This document shows, in pieces, positions 10,325 to 19,116 of a DNA stretch of 37,629 nt. The stretch's first letter is position 1. The number at the start of each line of letters is the position of its first letter. Both the position numbers and the translations under genes were made by a program. The notes under the pieces were generated by a model, which was not told the origin of the DNA, did not search any database, and saw only the letters and a program-made list of their open reading frames with translations. The DNA comes from Anaerolineae bacterium (GTDB lineage Bacteria; Chloroflexota; Anaerolineae; Anaerolineales; E44-bin32). The stretch spans positions 1 through 37,629 of the forward strand of contig JAUVOZ010000002.1 in NCBI GenBank assembly GCA_030598885.1, read 5' to 3'.

Positions 10325-11545
10325 TTGAATATCTCCTATCCAAATTGGCTTAGGATGGGATTATTGTTTCTCACCCTGGCGGTGCTGATTGGCCTTGGGT
10401 TTGCCAATTATCAGTTTTCTCTGTTGTCGCCTGGCGGGAATGATTTTCTCGCGCGCTGGGTGGGAGCTCACTACTGGGTGGTGAAGGGCGTCAATCCCTA
10501 CGACCCGCAGGTTAGCCTGGCTGCCCAGGAGATGATTTACGGCCGACTGGCTGATCCAGATAAAGGGGAAGATATTGCGCACTTCGTCTACCCTTTGACA
10601 GCGATGATCTTCTTCGCACCCTTTGGCTTGCTCCCTTACCCTATCGCACGAGCTGTTTGGATGACTCTTTTGGAGATTAGCCTGCCACTTCTAGTTCTGA
10701 TAGGCGTCGAATTGGCACGATGGAAACCATCTCGGAAACTATTGGCTTTCTTAATGATCTTTTCGGTCGTGTGGTATCACGGTTTTCGTTCGGTGATCGT
10801 CGGTCAATTCGCCGTGATCGAGGCGCTCCTCATGGCAGCAGTTCTGCTGTCCATTCAGAGGCGGCAAGATAGCCTGGCAGGAATTCTATTGGCACTTTCT
10901 ATCGCTAAGCCACAGATGTCGGTGCTCTTGATACCCTTTGTCCTTTTATGGGCAGCCCGATCCAGGCGGTGGGAGCTCATTATGTGGACACTCGGAGCGA
11001 TGACGACCCTGGTTGTGGTTTCTCTGGCCCTGATCAATGATTGGCCCTTGCTTTGGCTCCGTCAGTTGGTTGAGTATTCAGACTATACATTCAATCCTAC
11101 GCCGGTCTCGATCCTTGCAGGGGTTATACCAGTCGCTTCGAGAGCTCTCACATATGGTCTCACAACGCTGTTGTTAGTGTATTTGCTCTGGGAGTGGGTG
11201 CAAGCGATGGGCAAAGGGGATCGTTGGTTCCAATGGACATCAGCCCTAACGATTGTGCTTACGAATTTAATCCCCCTTCGCACTGCGACAACCCACTATG
11301 TCGTGCTTCTGCCAGCTCTGTGTTTGATCTTCTGTGCATGGGATGAACGCTGGGGCAAGAAAGGAATTGTGTTGATCATATTCTCCCTATCCGTGATCCT
11401 CATCGGTTTGTGGGCGCTCTTCATGATATCGGTAGAGGGTGCTATAGAGAATGAGATTATGTATTTGCCGCTTCCCATTCTTAGCCTACTTGGTCTGTGG
11501 TGGTCTCGGTGGTGGATCGTTCGCGTTTCATCGTTGCGGATATAG
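10325..11545 (+). CDS. GTC-5: GT87/DUF2029-like membrane glycosyltransferase (PimE-type family, putative)
   Basis: 406-aa hydrophobic ORF with a TTG start and GAGGTG upstream. GGNDFLARWVGAHYWVVKGVNPYD after the first helix resembles the DUF2029/GT87 first-loop motif. Confidence 0.7.
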   Translation: MNISYPNWLRMGLLFLTLAVLIGLGFANYQFSLLSPGGNDFLARWVGAHYWVVKGVNPYDPQVSLAAQEMIYGRLADPDKGEDIAHFVYPLTAMIFFAPFGLLPYPIARAVWMTLLEISLPLLVLIGVELARWKPSRKLLAFLMIFSVVWYHGFRSVIVGQFAVIEALLMAAVLLSIQRRQDSLAGILLALSIAKPQMSVLLIPFVLLWAARSRRWELIMWTLGAMTTLVVVSLALINDWPLLWLRQLVEYSDYTFNPTPVSILAGVIPVASRALTYGLTTLLLVYLLWEWVQAMGKGDRWFQWTSALTIVLTNLIPLRTATTHYVVLLPALCLIFCAWDERWGKKGIVLIIFSLSVILIGLWALFMISVEGAIENEIMYLPLPILSLLGLWWSRWWIVRVSSLRI

Positions 11546-11650
11546 CAAAACCATGGAAGTGGTGGAAAAATCATCGCGGAAATGGATTTCTCCTTCTGCG
11601 TTTATCTACCGAAGTTTCGATTTCTGCGATGTTTAGTTATGTGATAGAAG

Positions 11651-13672
11651 TTGAGTCCCGAGCAGTGGATAGTGATGACCGCTAGAAAACAGATATTCGC
11701 TTGGATAGTGCTTACTTGGATGTTTGTCACAATTGTGGCTTATTACATCTTCCATAAGCCCATAAGTATTGACCAGGTCCTGTTGATGGGGAAATCCGTT
11801 TGGGGAATAGTGGTCGCCAGTTCGGTGATTCTAGCTGGGGCTGCGATTGGGAGGCTGCTCTTCTCTCGCTTATTGCAAGGATTCACTCCGCGCTCCATTG
11901 TGCTTTTAGCATTGGAGGCGGGTCTGGGTCTGGGAACACTTAGTTTAGTGTGGTTGCTGGTGGGTCTTATCGGTGGATTCGAAACGATCCTAGCTTGGGC
12001 AGTGTTAATCGTGATTGGCTTTGGTGCTCGACATCAGATCCTCGGTTGGTGTCGAGACATGGTTGTCGTAATAATAAAGGTAATTCCCAATACGCGGACA
12101 GAGACTTGTTTAGCAGCTTTCGTCTTTTTCATGATCATTGTAGCTTTGCTTAGTGCCCTGGCTCCAACTTCAGCTTGGGATGCCCTGCTTTATCACCTAA
12201 CAGGGCCTAAGGCGAATATTGCCTCGGGTAGGCTTGAAATAAATCCATGGCTGCCTGAAACTGGGTACCCTCAAGGGTTGGAGATGCTCTATACATGGGT
12301 GATACTTTTGGGTTCGTCCAGAGCTGCAGGCGTTCTACACTGGTTCTTTGGTTTCTTAACTTTACTCTTGGTATGGCAGTGGGGCGAGGAACTAGTCGAC
12401 AGCGAGACAGGGTGGTTGGGATGCGCAATCCTGGTCAGTGCGACCACATTTACAACTATGATGGGTAAAGCCTATGTTGACGTAGCCACAATTCTTTTTA
12501 CTGCCCTTGGCATTGCCGCAATAAAGCATTGGAGAGACACTGAACTGGATGCCGCCTTGGTGGTTTGTGGATTTTCAGCCGGCTTCGCCTTTGGAACTAA
12601 GTACACTGGTGTGGTGATTGGAATAGGGTTGGCTGTATTGATCGCTATTGCACAACCACGCCGGGTGATGAGAAATCTAATGGTTTTTGGGGTACCTGCT
12701 ATTGTCGTAAGTACCCCTTGGCTATTTAAAAATGCCCTACTAGCTGGAAATCCGACTTATCCTTTCTTTTTCAACGGTCTTGGTTGGGATAGCATCCGCG
12801 CTGATTGGTTCAGCCAATTAGGTACAGGGTTGCTGTACTCGGCCCCCTTGAAACTTATAGCCGCGCCTCTCATTATGACAATCGTTGGTAAGGAGGGCAT
12901 AGAAACCTGGCATGCAACTTTTGGACCGTTATTCATTATGCTTGTGCCGTTGATCGCAATACGATGGAAGCATCATACATGTCGAACATGGCTTCGGGAC
13001 GCGCTCATATTTTTCATTGTACTTTACTTGATCTGGCTTTACGGCGCTGCGGTTTCTAGGTTGATGATCCAACCTCGCTTCCTTTTTCCTGCATTGCCGC
13101 CATTGGCAGTGCTGTCTGCTATGGCTTATGGCTCGTTGCGTTCACTTGAGAATACATCTTTTGCCATCCATCGTGTCTCTGGCTTTATTATCGCGCTGGT
13201 GCTGTTCTTGACTGCTTTCAGATTCGGCATTGATATGCTGCAGCGTCAAGATCTTCCTGTATTGACAGGAGCTCTTTCGGAAGAGGACTACCTTTACCAT
13301 CGCCTCGGCTGGCATTATGCGGCTGTGCAAAAGATAGGTGACTTGCCAGATGGCTCGCGCGTACTTTTCTTATTCGAACCACGAAGCTACTATTGCCCAT
13401 CTCACCGTTGTCTGCCTGATGGGATATTAGATATCTGGTACCACGCTCGGCGGCAGGGCGGGACAGCCGCTAGCATGGCTCAGGATTGGCGCGAGGAGAA
13501 TGTTTCCCATGTGCTCTTCTACGCGTTAGGTGCACAGACATTACGCGAAGCTGGCAAGGATCCCTTCACAGAGGAGGATTGGGTGGAGTTGGACCGTCTT
13601 CAGTCTAATCAGTTGAAGCTGGTCGAAAACTTTGGCGATGTCTATATGCTTTATGAATTACCACCTAGATGA
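11651..13672 (+). CDS. GTC-6: large polytopic membrane protein, PMT_2/ArnT-like core preceded by an extra N-terminal multi-helix module
   Basis: 673-aa ORF (TTG at 11651; in-frame ATG at 11675). The acidic/aromatic motif SAWDALLYHLTGPK sits at about residue 175, after several helices. A soluble C-terminal ~130 aa follows. Confidence 0.7.
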   Translation: MSPEQWIVMTARKQIFAWIVLTWMFVTIVAYYIFHKPISIDQVLLMGKSVWGIVVASSVILAGAAIGRLLFSRLLQGFTPRSIVLLALEAGLGLGTLSLVWLLVGLIGGFETILAWAVLIVIGFGARHQILGWCRDMVVVIIKVIPNTRTETCLAAFVFFMIIVALLSALAPTSAWDALLYHLTGPKANIASGRLEINPWLPETGYPQGLEMLYTWVILLGSSRAAGVLHWFFGFLTLLLVWQWGEELVDSETGWLGCAILVSATTFTTMMGKAYVDVATILFTALGIAAIKHWRDTELDAALVVCGFSAGFAFGTKYTGVVIGIGLAVLIAIAQPRRVMRNLMVFGVPAIVVSTPWLFKNALLAGNPTYPFFFNGLGWDSIRADWFSQLGTGLLYSAPLKLIAAPLIMTIVGKEGIETWHATFGPLFIMLVPLIAIRWKHHTCRTWLRDALIFFIVLYLIWLYGAAVSRLMIQPRFLFPALPPLAVLSAMAYGSLRSLENTSFAIHRVSGFIIALVLFLTAFRFGIDMLQRQDLPVLTGALSEEDYLYHRLGWHYAAVQKIGDLPDGSRVLFLFEPRSYYCPSHRCLPDGILDIWYHARRQGGTAASMAQDWREENVSHVLFYALGAQTLREAGKDPFTEEDWVELDRLQSNQLKLVENFGDVYMLYELPPR

Positions 13673-13763
13673 AAACGGGCGTATCATTTCATCTGTTTAG
13701 GACCTCAGTCAGTTCTAAAACTCGTATCTTGAGGGGAAAGATTGTGAAGGGTTGAGCTTGTAA

Positions 13764-15293
13764 ATGATTCTGAAGAGAATGATCGCCCGCATAGATAAGG
13801 TTGGACAGGTTCTTCGAAACCCCAAATTAGAGATCATCCTTCTTGTGTTTCTGCCCCTTGCTCTTTTGCTTCGCATCCCCAATCTACAAAGCAAGCCAAT
13901 TTGGTACGACGAAGCCTTCAGTATTTTTCTATCTCGACAGCCCTTGGCGGAAATCATATCAGGAACAGCAGCCGACACCATGCCTCCCTTGTACTACTTT
14001 CTGATGCATGGTTGGATGTTCTTAAACCGCCAGATTTGGTTCTTGCGAACCCTTAACGTCATTATTAGTTTGGGAATCGTTACCCTTGTCTATGTTGCAA
14101 CATCGAGTTGGTTGGGCCAGTCTGCTGGCTTGTGGGCAGCGCTGTTCACTGCCGTCTCACCCTTGCAGATCTATCATGCCCAAGAATTACGGATGTACGC
14201 GTTGCTGACGCTCGCTTTGTTAGGGTACATTCATTTTTTTATGCGGCTTTGGGGTGAACGGCAATCGATTAGTGATACTTGGACGAATTGGCTCGGACTG
14301 ATACTGTGTGGTACGACGGCGATGTATTCCCACAACCTGGCGATCTTTACTATGGTCGTGCCAAATATTCTCTTGCTGGTCCGACGTGATTGGCAATTCC
14401 AAGTTCGCCTGATCCTAGCTCAATTTGCCATTGGCTTGGCGTGGCTGCCGTGGCTTGGATTTGTCCCCATGCAGATCGCGAAAATCCAGACCGCCTTCTG
14501 GACACCACAACCAGGATTGCTTCAGATTGTGCAAACCATAGTCACCTTTCACACAAACCTGCCTGTGCCTGATTGGTTCTTAACGATCTCGGTCTTCACT
14601 AGTTTGCTGGTGATGGCACTGGTTTTCTACGAGGTGGTGAGGTCCGCTCGAGGGAATAAGATGGTATATGCACTGTTATTGTTTACGCTTGTCCCGCCCT
14701 CGCTTCTATTCATCATGTCATACCTCATGCGTCCGTTGTTTGTACCGCGCGCCATTATGCTTTCATCACTGACATATTATGCGCTTATGGGCCGTGCGGT
14801 GAGCCACGCACGCAATCGGGGTATGGCTTTGATTTTATGTCTGCTTTTCGTCCTCCCTGCTCTGGTCGTGTTGCCATCGCAATACACCTTCGAAAGCTTC
14901 CCGCGTTCTCCATACAAGACAGCAGCTAAAGACCTTGCGATCTCGTTCGTAGATGGGGATATGATTGTCCACGATAACAAACTGAGCTATTTCCCGATGC
15001 ATTATTACCAGCCACAATTACCTCAATTCTTTCTTGCGGACCCACAAGGATCTCACAATGATACACTTGCACCGGGCTCGCAATCGGCTCTCGGTATCTT
15101 CCCCATTCCGGATTTGGAGACAACTGTTGGAAACACCAGGCGTGTATGGTTTGTAGTATTTGAACGTGCCATTGAAGAGTACGTTAGCACAGGTCATTCA
15201 GATCATCCGCAGTTGGCATGGCTTCATAAGAAGTTTAGTATGGCTGGTTTGCGCACGTTTAACGATTTGCGGGTCTATGAGTTTATTCGCTAA
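13764..15293 (+). CDS. GTC-7: GT39/PMT_2-like membrane glycosyltransferase (putative)
   Basis: 509-aa ORF. KPIWYDEAFSIFLSRQPLAEIISGTAADTMPPLYYFLMHGW is the classic lW.DEa.s first-loop motif of the ArnT/PMT_2 family. Confidence 0.78.
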   Translation: MILKRMIARIDKVGQVLRNPKLEIILLVFLPLALLLRIPNLQSKPIWYDEAFSIFLSRQPLAEIISGTAADTMPPLYYFLMHGWMFLNRQIWFLRTLNVIISLGIVTLVYVATSSWLGQSAGLWAALFTAVSPLQIYHAQELRMYALLTLALLGYIHFFMRLWGERQSISDTWTNWLGLILCGTTAMYSHNLAIFTMVVPNILLLVRRDWQFQVRLILAQFAIGLAWLPWLGFVPMQIAKIQTAFWTPQPGLLQIVQTIVTFHTNLPVPDWFLTISVFTSLLVMALVFYEVVRSARGNKMVYALLLFTLVPPSLLFIMSYLMRPLFVPRAIMLSSLTYYALMGRAVSHARNRGMALILCLLFVLPALVVLPSQYTFESFPRSPYKTAAKDLAISFVDGDMIVHDNKLSYFPMHYYQPQLPQFFLADPQGSHNDTLAPGSQSALGIFPIPDLETTVGNTRRVWFVVFERAIEEYVSTGHSDHPQLAWLHKKFSMAGLRTFNDLRVYEFIR

Positions 15294-16869
15294 AGCATCA
15301 CACCGCTGGATCATTTCCCTGCTGACCATAGGGCTTGTTGTGAATCTATTCGCAGCGTACTGGGTCCGGTCGCCTGGCTACATGGACGCCGAGTACTATT
15401 ACACCACAGCCCAGCGGTTAGTAGATGGTGCAGGTTTTACTGAGCCGTTCTTATGGAACTATCTCGATTATCCGATAGGACTGCCTCATCCATCTCATCT
15501 CTATTGGATGCCGCTGACGACGATAGTGTCGGCTGGACCAATGGTCCTTTTCGGTAAAAGTTTTCGTGCAGCCCAGCTTCCTTTTCTAATGCTTGCCGCT
15601 ACCCTACCTGCTATGACCGCGCTTCTAGCCCTTAAGCTTCATGGAAACCAGAGGTGGGCTTGGAGGTCAGGGCTAATCGCTTCTTTACCAGGTTTCTTTC
15701 TACCGTACCTTGTGACGACAGACACATTTATCCTCTACGCTTTAATCGGTGGCGCCGCGCTGTGGGTCATGGCTGATGCTGCCCAAAACCAGAGCGCATC
15801 ACGTTGGCTAGTGGCTGGTTTATTGATAGGGCTTGGTCATCTGACTCGAGCCGACGGGTTTCTTTTGCTGGTACCGGCGATGATCGCTTTGTTGTGGATT
15901 GAGCAAGGGAAGGGGAGAGCTTTCATATTCCTTATGATTGGATACTTGTTGCCGACAGTGCCTTGGTTTGCAAGGAATTTGATCGTCACTGGGAGCGTCC
16001 TTCCCCCTGGAAATGGGCGTGTGCTCTGGCTGCTGTCCTACGATGAATTGTTCTCCTATCCGGCTGATATTCTGACCCCTGCTCGCTGGTTGAGCTCCGG
16101 TTTTCTCTCGATCTTCAAAGCACGGTTTCAAGCTTTGGGGATCAATATCCAACGGCTAATCGGAGAAAATGGCATTGTTTTCTTGGGTCCTTTTATGGCC
16201 TTAGGAGCTCATCGTCTCTGGAAGCAGCCGCTCGTCCGACTGGCGACAATCTACCTCGTGCTGCTGCTAGGTGTGATGAGTTTTATTTTTCCGTATGCCG
16301 GTTCCTATGGGGGCTTCTTTCACTCCAGCGCAGCACTAATGCCGATCTTGTTTGTCCTGGCACCGGTTGGTCTTGATACTGCTATCGCATGGGGGGCGAA
16401 GAAAAGAGGTTGGAACCTCCGGGAAGCAGAGGTAATTTTCGGAGCCGGCACAGTGGCGCTAGTGGGTATCTTAACCGTCGGTCTAGTCTGGACCAGGGTT
16501 ATTGGGCCAACGCCAAGTGAACCACGATGGGCTTACTCCCTGCGTACATATCAGGAAGTTGGGGAGCTTCTATGCCAGTTAGAAGAATCTCCCGGTGTGG
16601 TGGCAATTAACAATCCTCCAGGATTCTACCTGGCAACCAGCATGGAATCAGTGGTCATCCCCAATGGACCGATAGAGACGTTACGCCAAGTGGTTGAGCG
16701 CTACAGTGTGGACTGGGTGGTTCTCGATGCCAATCGGCCAGTCGATTTGGCGGCGTTGTACAATGCACCTGAAACCGTGCCTTGGCTTGAGTTAGCTGAC
16801 ACTCTGCAAGACTCACAAGGTCGAGACATCTATCTGTTGAAGGTTTCCCTGGAGATATCCCAGCCATGA
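15277..16869 (+). CDS. GTC-8: polytopic membrane protein, GT-C-like; related to GTC-1 and GTC-9
   Basis: The track ORF starts at 15160 (TTG), inside the previous gene. The ATG at 15277 (MSLFAKASHRW...) gives a normal N-terminus and a 17-nt overlap with the GTC-7 stop. Motifs are GYMDAEYYYTTAQRLVDGAGF and LTRADGFLLLVP. Confidence 0.72.
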   Translation: MSLFAKASHRWIISLLTIGLVVNLFAAYWVRSPGYMDAEYYYTTAQRLVDGAGFTEPFLWNYLDYPIGLPHPSHLYWMPLTTIVSAGPMVLFGKSFRAAQLPFLMLAATLPAMTALLALKLHGNQRWAWRSGLIASLPGFFLPYLVTTDTFILYALIGGAALWVMADAAQNQSASRWLVAGLLIGLGHLTRADGFLLLVPAMIALLWIEQGKGRAFIFLMIGYLLPTVPWFARNLIVTGSVLPPGNGRVLWLLSYDELFSYPADILTPARWLSSGFLSIFKARFQALGINIQRLIGENGIVFLGPFMALGAHRLWKQPLVRLATIYLVLLLGVMSFIFPYAGSYGGFFHSSAALMPILFVLAPVGLDTAIAWGAKKRGWNLREAEVIFGAGTVALVGILTVGLVWTRVIGPTPSEPRWAYSLRTYQEVGELLCQLEESPGVVAINNPPGFYLATSMESVVIPNGPIETLRQVVERYSVDWVVLDANRPVDLAALYNAPETVPWLELADTLQDSQGRDIYLLKVSLEISQP

Positions 16870-18362
16870 AGTGGGTCGGGTTGGATACGTTTAGGACACG
16901 AGTGCTTCTGTTCATCGCACTGACTTGTCTGTCTGTTGGGGGTTTCTTATGGGTCAGCGCGGACACATATGGTTTAGGTTTCCCATTAGACGATGCATGG
17001 ATCCACCAAACCTACGCTCGTAATCTGGCAGAGCGAGGCGAATGGGCGTTTGTGCCCGGTCAACTAAGTGCTGGGTCGACCGCACCGCTTTGGACTGGAA
17101 TACTAACCTTAGGAAATTTATTGGGTGTCGAGAGCAAAGTATGGAGCTATTTCCTCGGGGGGTTGCTGCTAGCGATTACGGCATGGTTTTGTAGTCAGTG
17201 GATTGCTCTTCGAGGCTCTAATCGATGGTGGTGGAAAGTGTGGGTTGGAGTGCTGATCATATCTGAATGGCATTTAGTTTGGGCGGCTGTGTCGGGTATG
17301 GAGATCTTGGCACTGACCTTGGTAGTCGTGCTGGTTCTCGCCTGGCTTGAATCTCAGAAATGGAGTGCGTTGGGAATAGGTGCGTTGATCGGCTTAGGGG
17401 TATGGATCCGTCCTGATGCCCTCTCCCTTCTCTTGCCAGTAGTTTGGCACACATTCTTCCGACATCGCCATCAACTTCGCCAAACCATAGCTACTCTGGG
17501 TACTGTTGGAGTGGGGGTAGCGATCTTGATCGTTCCTTATTTAATGTTTAATCGCGTCTTAGCGGGTGCTTGGTGGCCAAGCACTTTTTACGCCAAGCAA
17601 GCGGAGTATATGGTTCATAGGTCGGTTCCGCTCCTCTTTCGCTTGGTTGATCAGCTCACATCTCCACTTGTTGGTGTAGGAGCGGTGTTGGTCCCCGGGA
17701 TAATTATCACGTCGGTCTTAGCGATATCCCAGGGCGCTTGGAGGAAGCTTGCGCCGATAATTTGGGCGTTGTCATACATGGGGATGTATGCGATGCTGCT
17801 GCCGGTTAATTATCAGCATGGTCGTTATGCGATGCCAGTTATCCCGATCGTACTCGTCGTGGGTTTGGAGGGACTACTGATTAGCATTTGGCCGGTGGCT
17901 GAAAATATAGTTCGGCGGGTAATTTCTCGCGTCTGGTTGTACACTATACCTGTGCTCACATTTACATTCTGGTTGCTTGGTGGCCGTTCATACGCTCAGG
18001 ACGTTGCCATCATTGAGACCGAGATGGTAGCTACTGCGCGCTGGCTATCGGTCAATACTGAGGCGGGGGCTTTGGTGGCAGCTCATGACATTGGTGCTTT
18101 AGGCTACTTCGGTGAACGCCCTATAGTCGATATGGCTGGGTTGATTTCCCCGGAGGTGATTCCAATCCTGCGCGACGAAGCCGCGTTGTCAAGGCTCCTA
18201 GATTCCCGAGGGGCAGAGTACCTGATGACATTCCCAGGATGGTATCCATGGCTTGTGGAACAGGCGTATCCGATTTATTCCACAAGTGCTCCATACAGCG
18301 TTAAAGCGGGTGGAGAGAACATGGTGATCTATAAATGGCGTCAAGAAGGGTTTGCCCCATAA
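16866..18362 (+). CDS. GTC-9: polytopic membrane protein, GT-C-like; paralog of GTC-1
   Basis: 498-aa ORF with an ATGA start/stop overlap with GTC-8. Motifs are FPLDDAWIHQTYARNLAERGEW, IRPDALSLLLPV and AAHDIGALGYFGERPIVDMAGLISPEV. Confidence 0.78.
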   Translation: MKWVGLDTFRTRVLLFIALTCLSVGGFLWVSADTYGLGFPLDDAWIHQTYARNLAERGEWAFVPGQLSAGSTAPLWTGILTLGNLLGVESKVWSYFLGGLLLAITAWFCSQWIALRGSNRWWWKVWVGVLIISEWHLVWAAVSGMEILALTLVVVLVLAWLESQKWSALGIGALIGLGVWIRPDALSLLLPVVWHTFFRHRHQLRQTIATLGTVGVGVAILIVPYLMFNRVLAGAWWPSTFYAKQAEYMVHRSVPLLFRLVDQLTSPLVGVGAVLVPGIIITSVLAISQGAWRKLAPIIWALSYMGMYAMLLPVNYQHGRYAMPVIPIVLVVGLEGLLISIWPVAENIVRRVISRVWLYTIPVLTFTFWLLGGRSYAQDVAIIETEMVATARWLSVNTEAGALVAAHDIGALGYFGERPIVDMAGLISPEVIPILRDEAALSRLLDSRGAEYLMTFPGWYPWLVEQAYPIYSTSAPYSVKAGGENMVIYKWRQEGFAP

Positions 18363-18367
18363 ACACT

Positions 18368-18382
18368 GAGTATGCTATACTC
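18368..18382 (+). promoter_or_regulatory. Palindrome GAGTAT-GCT-ATACTC upstream of the response-regulator gene; possible operator overlapping a -10-like TATACT
   Basis: Perfect 6-nt arms with a 3-nt centre, 30 nt upstream of the 18412 ATG. CATAAT follows at about 18391. Function is inferred only. Confidence 0.3.
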
Positions 18383-18411
18383 GCCGCTATCATAATGGTG
18401 GTGCAAAGATT

Positions 18412-19104
18412 ATGGACAAGATAGGGCTTATCATAGTCGACGATCATCCCCTCTTTCGCGAAGGAGTGCGCAATGTGCTCGAAGCAGAAGAGGATCTTGA
18501 AGTTCTAGCCGAGGGCACGAGCGGTGATCAGGCTCTGCAACTTGTACGTGAGCTACGACCACGCGTGGCGCTAGTAGATGTTAATCTACCCAACATGAAT
18601 GGCATGCAGGTTACTCGCCAAATATTAGCTGAGCGGTTAAACACCGCCATCGTTTTAGTTACAGCATATGATGACGTTGAGCAGGTATTGCACGCATTTC
18701 GTGCCGGGGCTGCGGCTTATTGTTCGAAGGATGTCGAAGCAGGTAAATTGGTGGATGTTATTCGACATGTCGCCCGCGGTTTCTATGTCGTTGGCGACCA
18801 GGTTTATGACGCGGCAGGTCTCGAACAATGGCTTTCACGTGGGGTGGAGACTGTTCGTCGCCCTCATCTCGATGGCGATGTGGAAGCCTTCACTCCGCTC
18901 TCTCCCCGGGAGATGGAGATTCTTCAGTATGTCACACGGGGCATGTCCAACAAAGAGATCGCTGCCCGCTTAGGTATCAGCCACCAGACAGTGAAGAATC
19001 ATATGACGTCAATCCTGCATAAATTGGACGTTGAAGATCGCACTCAAGCCGCGGTATACGCTTTACGCCATGGCTGGGTACGTCTACAAGACACACGAAA
19101 ATAA
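18412..19104 (+). CDS. NarL/LuxR-family two-component response regulator (REC + LuxR HTH)
   Basis: REC motifs IIVDDHPLFREG, VALVDVNLPNMNG and YCSKD. LuxR HTH: LSPREMEILQYVTRGMSNKEIAARLGISHQTVKNHMTSILHKLDVEDRTQAA. The ~40-aa linker between the domains is unusually long. Confidence 0.9.
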   Translation: MDKIGLIIVDDHPLFREGVRNVLEAEEDLEVLAEGTSGDQALQLVRELRPRVALVDVNLPNMNGMQVTRQILAERLNTAIVLVTAYDDVEQVLHAFRAGAAAYCSKDVEAGKLVDVIRHVARGFYVVGDQVYDAAGLEQWLSRGVETVRRPHLDGDVEAFTPLSPREMEILQYVTRGMSNKEIAARLGISHQTVKNHMTSILHKLDVEDRTQAAVYALRHGWVRLQDTRK

Positions 19105-19116
19105 ATCTGAGGCACT

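Noticed and set aside
15160-15276. N-terminal 39-codon extension of GTC-8 in the track ORF
   Set aside because: It has a TTG start deep inside the previous gene and its peptide does not look like a signal or TM segment. The ATG at 15277 gives a typical short cytoplasmic N-terminus plus the first TM.
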